Positions 58,888 to 64,000 of a stretch of 64,000 nt of DNA are shown here, in pieces. Within the stretch, counting starts at the first letter, position 1. Each line of letters starts with the position of its first letter. Source of the stretch: an uncultured Gemmatimonadales bacterium (GTDB lineage Bacteria; Gemmatimonadota; Gemmatimonadetes; Palauibacterales; Palauibacteraceae); contig CAWANJ010000007.1 in assembly GCA_963783385.1 (NCBI GenBank), positions 224,001 through 288,000 of the forward strand, written 5' to 3'. The notes under the pieces were generated by a model. The model ran no database searches and was not told the origin of the DNA. It saw nothing but the letters and a program-made list of their open reading frames with translations. A program made the translations under genes and the position numbers.

Positions 58888-59453
58888 TGCCGCGACCCAC
58901 CATGACGCTTCCGAGACCGACGCGGGCCCGCCTGCGAGCCTTCTGGCTCACCGGCGACGGGCTGGTCGGGACGGCCCTCGAAGCGGGCGCGCTGCGTCTG
59001 GGACCGCACTGGGTCGCGATCGCCCTCCCGGTCGGGCTCGTGGTCACGGGCCTCACGGGCTGGTTCGATCCCGACCTCGTCCGGCCGGTCTACGAACGCT
59101 GGAACGATCTGGCGCGCGTCGCCAGGCATGCCCTGCGGATCTGGATCCTCCTCCTCGCCTTCCAGGTGGTCCGCACCGTCGGCCGTACCGGGGCCGCGGA
59201 CGGAGCGGACGGCACCCCACGGTCGGGATCGGGCTGGAGGCCACGCGAGACGACGGAGCGGCGGGCGTATCCCGCTCCTTCCCCCTTCCCGGCGTGGTCC
59301 GGGTCCAGGGGCTGGGCCGCCGAGCTGAGGGCGTGGGCACGCCGGTCGGGGAGACCCTGGGTCCTGGCGCTGGTTCCCTACCTGTGGCTCCTGAGGGCGC
59401 TCGGCGGCCGCTTCGGCGGAGGCCCCGCCGGCCACAACTACACGCTGTATTGA
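58887..59453 (+). CDS. SxtJ-like membrane protein with SxtK/DUF5989-like C-terminal extension (copy 1)
   Basis: LRAF..., PDLVRPVYERW, SGWRPR, C-terminal NYTLY; paralog of 63405-63959. Confidence 0.65.
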   Translation: MPRPTMTLPRPTRARLRAFWLTGDGLVGTALEAGALRLGPHWVAIALPVGLVVTGLTGWFDPDLVRPVYERWNDLARVARHALRIWILLLAFQVVRTVGRTGAADGADGTPRSGSGWRPRETTERRAYPAPSPFPAWSGSRGWAAELRAWARRSGRPWVLALVPYLWLLRALGGRFGGGPAGHNYTLY

Positions 59454-59457
59454 GACC

Positions 59458-60644
59458 GTGACCGTACGGGCGAAGCGGCGATCGACGGCGACGGGCGCGG
59501 TGTCCCACGGCGAAGCGGCCGTCGGGGAGACCGGGGCCGCCATCCTGGCCTTCGGGGCCTCCCTGGCGGGCCTGCTGCTGGCGCTGCCGGCGCTGCTGCT
59601 CACCGCACCCTTCTGGCTGGTTGGAACCCTGACCGAGTGGCTGGGGGAGGCGCTCGGCCGACGACCGCTCCCGTGGGATGCCCTCATCGAGTTCGACTCA
59701 CGGGCAGGCTGGCGGCCCCGTCCCAACATGAGCACGTGGGCCGGCGACCTGAACCAGGACACCTTCCGCATCTCGACCGACGGCGACGGCTGGCGAGGTC
59801 GCGCCACGCTGGATTCGGCGCAGGTGGTGGTGTTCGGGGACTCCTTCGCGCAGGGCTTCGGGGTCGACGACCGCGACTTCTTCGCGGACCTGCCGACGAA
59901 GGTCGAGGTCAAGGCGGTCGGCTGCGCCGGCTACAACATGCTCCAGTCGCGGCGCTGGATGGAGGCCTACGCGGATCGTCTGCGCGGCAAGCTCGTCGTG
60001 TGGCTGCTCTACCTGGGCAACGACCTGGAGGACGACCTCAATCCGGCCGTGGGCCGCTACCGGCAGCCTTTCCTGCGCTCCTCGGACGGCGGCGTCACCT
60101 GGTCGGAAGTCGACGGGCACGTGAGTCCGGAGCCGTGGACGGCCTCCTCGCAGGAGGGCAGCAGGGCCGGCTACGTGGAGCTGTGCCGCGGCGGATTCCA
60201 CGCGCGGCGCGCCCTGGCGGCGTTCGAGTCACGTGCTGGGCCGGGGGGCGGACGTGTGTTCGGCCGCGGGAGCGCGGCTCGTGCTGGTCACCGTGCCGGA
60301 GCTTTCGCCGGTCGCGCGACGGGAGATCGAGGAGGCCGCTGGAGGAGGGCCGCCGCCGGGAGGCGTTCGACGAGGCGCGCCTGGAGCGGGAGGTCGCCCG
60401 AGTCTGCGGCGAGCGCGGCGTCCCGGTCGTGCATCTCCGCGACTACCTGGACGGCCGCGACTACCTGGAGCGGGACTACCACTGGAACCCGAACGGCCAC
60501 CGGAAGGTGGCCGGCGTCCTGGAGGCGCTGCATCGGCGGTTCGCGCGAGGAAGGGCTCGCGTGCCGGTGTCCGTCCGCGGCCGTGGATCGCTGGATCTCG
60601 GGGCCGCGAGGGGCGCGGGGGCGGCGGCGGGGAGGAGCGGTTGA
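59458..60644 (+). CDS. Membrane-anchored SGNH/GDSL hydrolase (two apparent frameshifts, near 60230 and 60340)
   Basis: FGDSFAQG, GYN and LGND in the first frame; ARLVLVTVP in a second; DYHWNPNGH in a third ending at 60644. Confidence 0.75.
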
Positions 60645-60679
60645 TCCGAGAGGTCCGATCGAAGCGGCGAGCGATCCCC

Positions 60680-61510
60680 ATGAGCCGACCGACCCTGGTA
60701 TTCCTGCACCTGCCCAAGACGGGGGGTTCCACGCTGGCTTCGATCATCCGGCGGTCGTACCACCCCAGGGAGCTCTATGAGGTGTACGGGGAGCCCCCGG
60801 ATCCGGCCATCGAGGCCTTCGCCACCATGGCGCCCGAGCGGCGGGCCCACTACCGGGCCGTGATCGGCCACCTGAACCTGGGCCTCCGGGACCTGGTCCC
60901 CGGGCCGGTCACCATGGTGACCATGCTTCGGCACCCGGTCGATCGCGCGCTCTCGACCTACTACTTCATCCGCGAGCGTTCCAGCCACCCGCTCAACCGG
61001 ACCCTCACGGATCCCGACATGAGCCTGGCGCGGGCCCTGGAGAGAGGGTTGACGACCGAGTTCGACAACCTGCAGACGCGTGTCCTCTCGACCGAGGGGA
61101 TCGAGGACCCGGTGCCCTACGGCGCCTGCACGGCCGCCATGCTCGAGACGGCCCGGAGGAACCTGGAGGAGCGCTTCGCGGTCGTCGGGGTCACGGGCCG
61201 CTTCGACGAGACGCTCCTCCTGATGCAGGAGGCGGCGGGCTGGGAGGGCGTCTTCTACCAGCGCCGAAACGCCACCCGCGAGCGCCCGAGCTGCGGGGAG
61301 GTCCCGGAGGAGACCCGGGCGGCCATCCGGGAGCACAATCGTCTCGACCTGGCGCTGTTCGACTGGGTCACGGAGAGGCTCGAGCTCCGGATCGAGGAGG
61401 GGGGACCGGCGTTCCGGGAGCGGCTGGAGTCGTTCCGCCGCCTCAACGCCGCCGGAGGCCCTCTGGGCCGAATGGGCGCCCGCGTGCGCGCCCTCATGGG
61501 AGGAAGCTGA
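60680..61510 (+). CDS. Sulfotransferase family 2 protein
   Basis: FLHLPKTGGST (5'-PSB), LRHPVDRALSTY (3'-PB), NLQTR, NRLDLALF. Confidence 0.85.
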   Translation: MSRPTLVFLHLPKTGGSTLASIIRRSYHPRELYEVYGEPPDPAIEAFATMAPERRAHYRAVIGHLNLGLRDLVPGPVTMVTMLRHPVDRALSTYYFIRERSSHPLNRTLTDPDMSLARALERGLTTEFDNLQTRVLSTEGIEDPVPYGACTAAMLETARRNLEERFAVVGVTGRFDETLLLMQEAAGWEGVFYQRRNATRERPSCGEVPEETRAAIREHNRLDLALFDWVTERLELRIEEGGPAFRERLESFRRLNAAGGPLGRMGARVRALMGGS

Positions 61511-61513
61511 GAC

Positions 61514-63397
61514 ATGTCATCCGAGAACGGCAAGAGAGCCGGCGACGCGGTCTACATCCTGGGGATCTCCGCCCTGTTCCACGACTCGGCGGCGGCGCTG
61601 CTGCGGGACGGCCAGATCGTGGCGGCCGCCCAGGAGGAGCGCTTCACCCGCAAGAAGCAGGACGACGGGTTCCCGACGAAGGCGATCGAGTACTGCCTGT
61701 CGTGGGCGGGCATCGGGCCGGCGGACCTGGACGTGGCGGTATTCTACGAGAAGCCTCTCGTCAAGTTCGAGCGGCTCCTCGAGACGCACCTGGCCGTCTC
61801 GCCCGAGGGGTTCGAGCCGTTCCGCCGGGCCCTCCCGGACTGGTCCGTCCGCAAGCTCGACCTGCCGAACCTGCTCCGGACCGAGCTGGGCAGCGCGTTC
61901 GGCGGCGAGGTGTGCTTCGCCGACCACCACGAGTCGCACGCGGCGAGCGCCTTCTTCCCCTCGCCCTACGAGGAGGCGGCTATCCTGACGCTGGACGCCG
62001 TCGGGGAGTGGTCCACGAGCTCGCTGGGCTACGGGAAGGGCAACCGGATCACGCTGACGCACGAGATGCGGTTCCCGCACTCGGTCGGCATGCTCTACTC
62101 CGCGTTCACCTACTACACGGGCTTCAAGGTGAACTCGGGTGAGTACAAGCTCATGGGACTGGCCCCGTACGGTCGGCCGATCTACGCGGACCTCATCCGC
62201 GACCGCCTCATCGACCTTCGCGACGACGGGTCGGTGTGGCTGGAGATGGAGTACTTCGACTTCTGCCGCGGCCTCACGATGACCTCGGAGAAGTTCCACG
62301 ACCTGTTCGGCGGCCCGCCCCGCCGCCCCGAGGCCCCGATCACGCAGAAGGACATGGACCTGGCGGCCTCCATCCAGGCGGTCACGGAGGAAATCGTGCT
62401 GCGGGCCGCGAACCACGTGCATGAACTCACGGGTATGGACTACCTGGTGATGGCGGGCGGGGTGGCCTTGAACTGCGTCGCCAACGGCCGGCTCCTGCGC
62501 GAGGGTCCCTTCGAGGACGTGTGGGTGCAGCCGGCGGCGGGAGACGCGGGCGGGGCGTTGGGCGCCGCGCAGCTCGTCTGGCACCACTACATGGACCGAC
62601 CGCGAACCGCCGGACCCGGGGACAGCCAGCAGGGCTCCTTCCTGGGGCCCTCCTTCTCCAACGAGGACATCGGGCTGTTCCTGGACTCCGTGGGGGCGCG
62701 CTACGAGCGCATGGACGACGAGGACGCGCTCCTGGACCGGGTGGCGCGGATCCTGGACGAGGAGAAGGTCGTGGGCTGGTTCCAGGGACGCATGGAGTAC
62801 GGGCCCAGGGCGCTGGGTCACCGGAGCATCATCGGGGACGCGCGCTCGACCCGGATGCAGCAGACCATGAACCTGAAGATCAAGTTCCGCGAGTCCTTCC
62901 GGCCCTTCGCCCCGTGCGTCCTGCGCGACCACGTGCACGAGGTGTTCGAGATGCGCGAGGAGGAGGACAGCCCCTACATGCTGTTCGTGGCGCCCGTCCG
63001 CCAGGAGCTACGCGCGACGCTGGGCGAGGAGGAGCGGCGGAAGCTCGAGGACCCGGACCTCAGGGTCCGCGTCGCCGTGCCGCGCTCGATCTACCCGGCG
63101 ATCACGCACGTGGACTACTCGGCCCGCGTGCAGACCGTGGACCCGGAGCGTCACGGACGCTACGCCCGGCTCATGCAGCGGTTCTACGAGCGGACGGGCT
63201 CCCCGGTCATCGTCAACACGAGCTTCAACATCCGGGGCGAGCCGATCGTGTGCGACCCGGAGGACGCGTTCCGGTGCTTCATGGCGACTCACATGGACTG
63301 CCTGGTGCTCGAGAACTACCTCCTCCTCAAGGAGGACCAGCCCGCCGCCCTCTCGGAAGACACGGCGGCCTACCGGGATCAGTACGAACTCGACTGA
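61514..63397 (+). CDS. O-carbamoyltransferase (NodU/CmcH/SxtI family)
   Basis: HDSAAAL...AQEERFTR, HHESHAAS, GEYKLMGLAPYG, AGGVALNCVANG, GPRALGHRS, KFRESFRPFAP, NTSFN. Confidence 0.95.
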   Translation: MSSENGKRAGDAVYILGISALFHDSAAALLRDGQIVAAAQEERFTRKKQDDGFPTKAIEYCLSWAGIGPADLDVAVFYEKPLVKFERLLETHLAVSPEGFEPFRRALPDWSVRKLDLPNLLRTELGSAFGGEVCFADHHESHAASAFFPSPYEEAAILTLDAVGEWSTSSLGYGKGNRITLTHEMRFPHSVGMLYSAFTYYTGFKVNSGEYKLMGLAPYGRPIYADLIRDRLIDLRDDGSVWLEMEYFDFCRGLTMTSEKFHDLFGGPPRRPEAPITQKDMDLAASIQAVTEEIVLRAANHVHELTGMDYLVMAGGVALNCVANGRLLREGPFEDVWVQPAAGDAGGALGAAQLVWHHYMDRPRTAGPGDSQQGSFLGPSFSNEDIGLFLDSVGARYERMDDEDALLDRVARILDEEKVVGWFQGRMEYGPRALGHRSIIGDARSTRMQQTMNLKIKFRESFRPFAPCVLRDHVHEVFEMREEEDSPYMLFVAPVRQELRATLGEEERRKLEDPDLRVRVAVPRSIYPAITHVDYSARVQTVDPERHGRYARLMQRFYERTGSPVIVNTSFNIRGEPIVCDPEDAFRCFMATHMDCLVLENYLLLKEDQPAALSEDTAAYRDQYELD

Positions 63398-63404
63398 GAA
63401 GGCC

Positions 63405-63959
63405 ATGATCACACTGCCCGATCCTCCGTCCAGAGCCCTCGTGCGCGGAACCTGGCTCGTCCTGAGCCTCGGGGCCGGCGTGGCCACCGCCGTCATCCTG
63501 CTCGTGGCCGCAGCGCCGGCGTGGCCGCTGTGGGGTGCCGGCGTTCTGGCGACCCTTCTGGTGGCCGGTCGGGTTCGGCCGCGGCTCGGCCGGAGTGCCT
63601 ATGGTGCCTGGCGGCGAGTGTGCGGTGGCGTGGGGCGCCGGGCGGGCTTCGTCCTCGAGCGGACCGCCTTCGCCATTCTCGCGATGGTGGGGTGGGCCGG
63701 CGGCGACGCGATGCGCCGGCCGGAGCCCGCGGCCTCGGGCTGGCGGCCGCGCTCCACGCTGGCGGTGGACGCCTATGCGAGCGCGGGGCCCGCGCCGACA
63801 CCGAGCGTGGAGTCGGGCTGGGCGCGATCGCTGCTCTCCTGGGGACGGCGCTCCGGTCACGGGTGGGTGTGGGCCCTGATCCCCGTCCTGGCGCTCCAGC
63901 GCCTTATCCGGCCGTCCGTGCGGCGCTCGCTGGACGGTCGCAACTACACGCTCTATTGA
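63405..63959 (+). CDS. SxtJ-like membrane protein with SxtK/DUF5989-like C-terminal extension (copy 2)
   Basis: TM segments, PRLGRSAYGAW, SGWRPR, C-terminal NYTLY; directly follows the carbamoyltransferase. Confidence 0.65.
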   Translation: MITLPDPPSRALVRGTWLVLSLGAGVATAVILLVAAAPAWPLWGAGVLATLLVAGRVRPRLGRSAYGAWRRVCGGVGRRAGFVLERTAFAILAMVGWAGGDAMRRPEPAASGWRPRSTLAVDAYASAGPAPTPSVESGWARSLLSWGRRSGHGWVWALIPVLALQRLIRPSVRRSLDGRNYTLY

Positions 63960-63960
63960 G

Positions 63961-64000
63961 ATGACCGAATCTTCGAGGGGCTGGAGAATGCCAGCGCGCC
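63961..64000 (+). CDS. Possible start of the next operon gene (truncated by the window)
   Basis: ATG 1 bp after the previous stop; frame open to the edge; only 13 codons visible. Confidence 0.3.
   Translation, partial: MTESSRGWRMPAR

Noticed and set aside
58887-63959. Saxitoxin biosynthesis cluster
   Set aside because: Only SxtI/J/K-like families are present, within a Wzm/Wzt glycan operon; no sxtA, sxtG or other core genes.

Overview
High-GC bacterial chromosomal window; gene content and protein style suggest a Gemmatimonadota-like organism (inference only). I saw no rRNA, tRNA, CRISPR array or transposase. From left to right: moeA (partial), dacB and envelope genes; an imuA-imuB...dnaE2 mutagenesis cassette split by two envelope genes, with a near-identical 22-bp direct-repeat operator before imuA and dnaE2 and an in-frame palindromic insertion inside dnaE2; cupin, NlpC/P60 and acpS; a Fur-boxed cytochrome c-FTR1 iron permease; a CLC-CBS protein; large NAD-glutamate dehydrogenase convergent on a glnA with a sigma54-type promoter; a sigma54 two-component system; a small operon (priming glycosyltransferase, pseudo-receiver/degenerate GGDEF protein, LMW tyrosine phosphatase, OmpA); three tandem mosaic repeat lipoproteins, each with a ZU5-like domain ending in an HFS putative autoproteolysis motif; an apparently inactive polysaccharide deacetylase; and a >19 kb UpxY/NusG-led Wzm/Wzt glycan operon with C-methyl, carbamoyl, sulfo and acyl tailoring genes. 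Several genes between about 31 and 60 kb carry frameshifts that look more like assembly indels than biology. All calls come from reading motifs by eye; no database searches were run.
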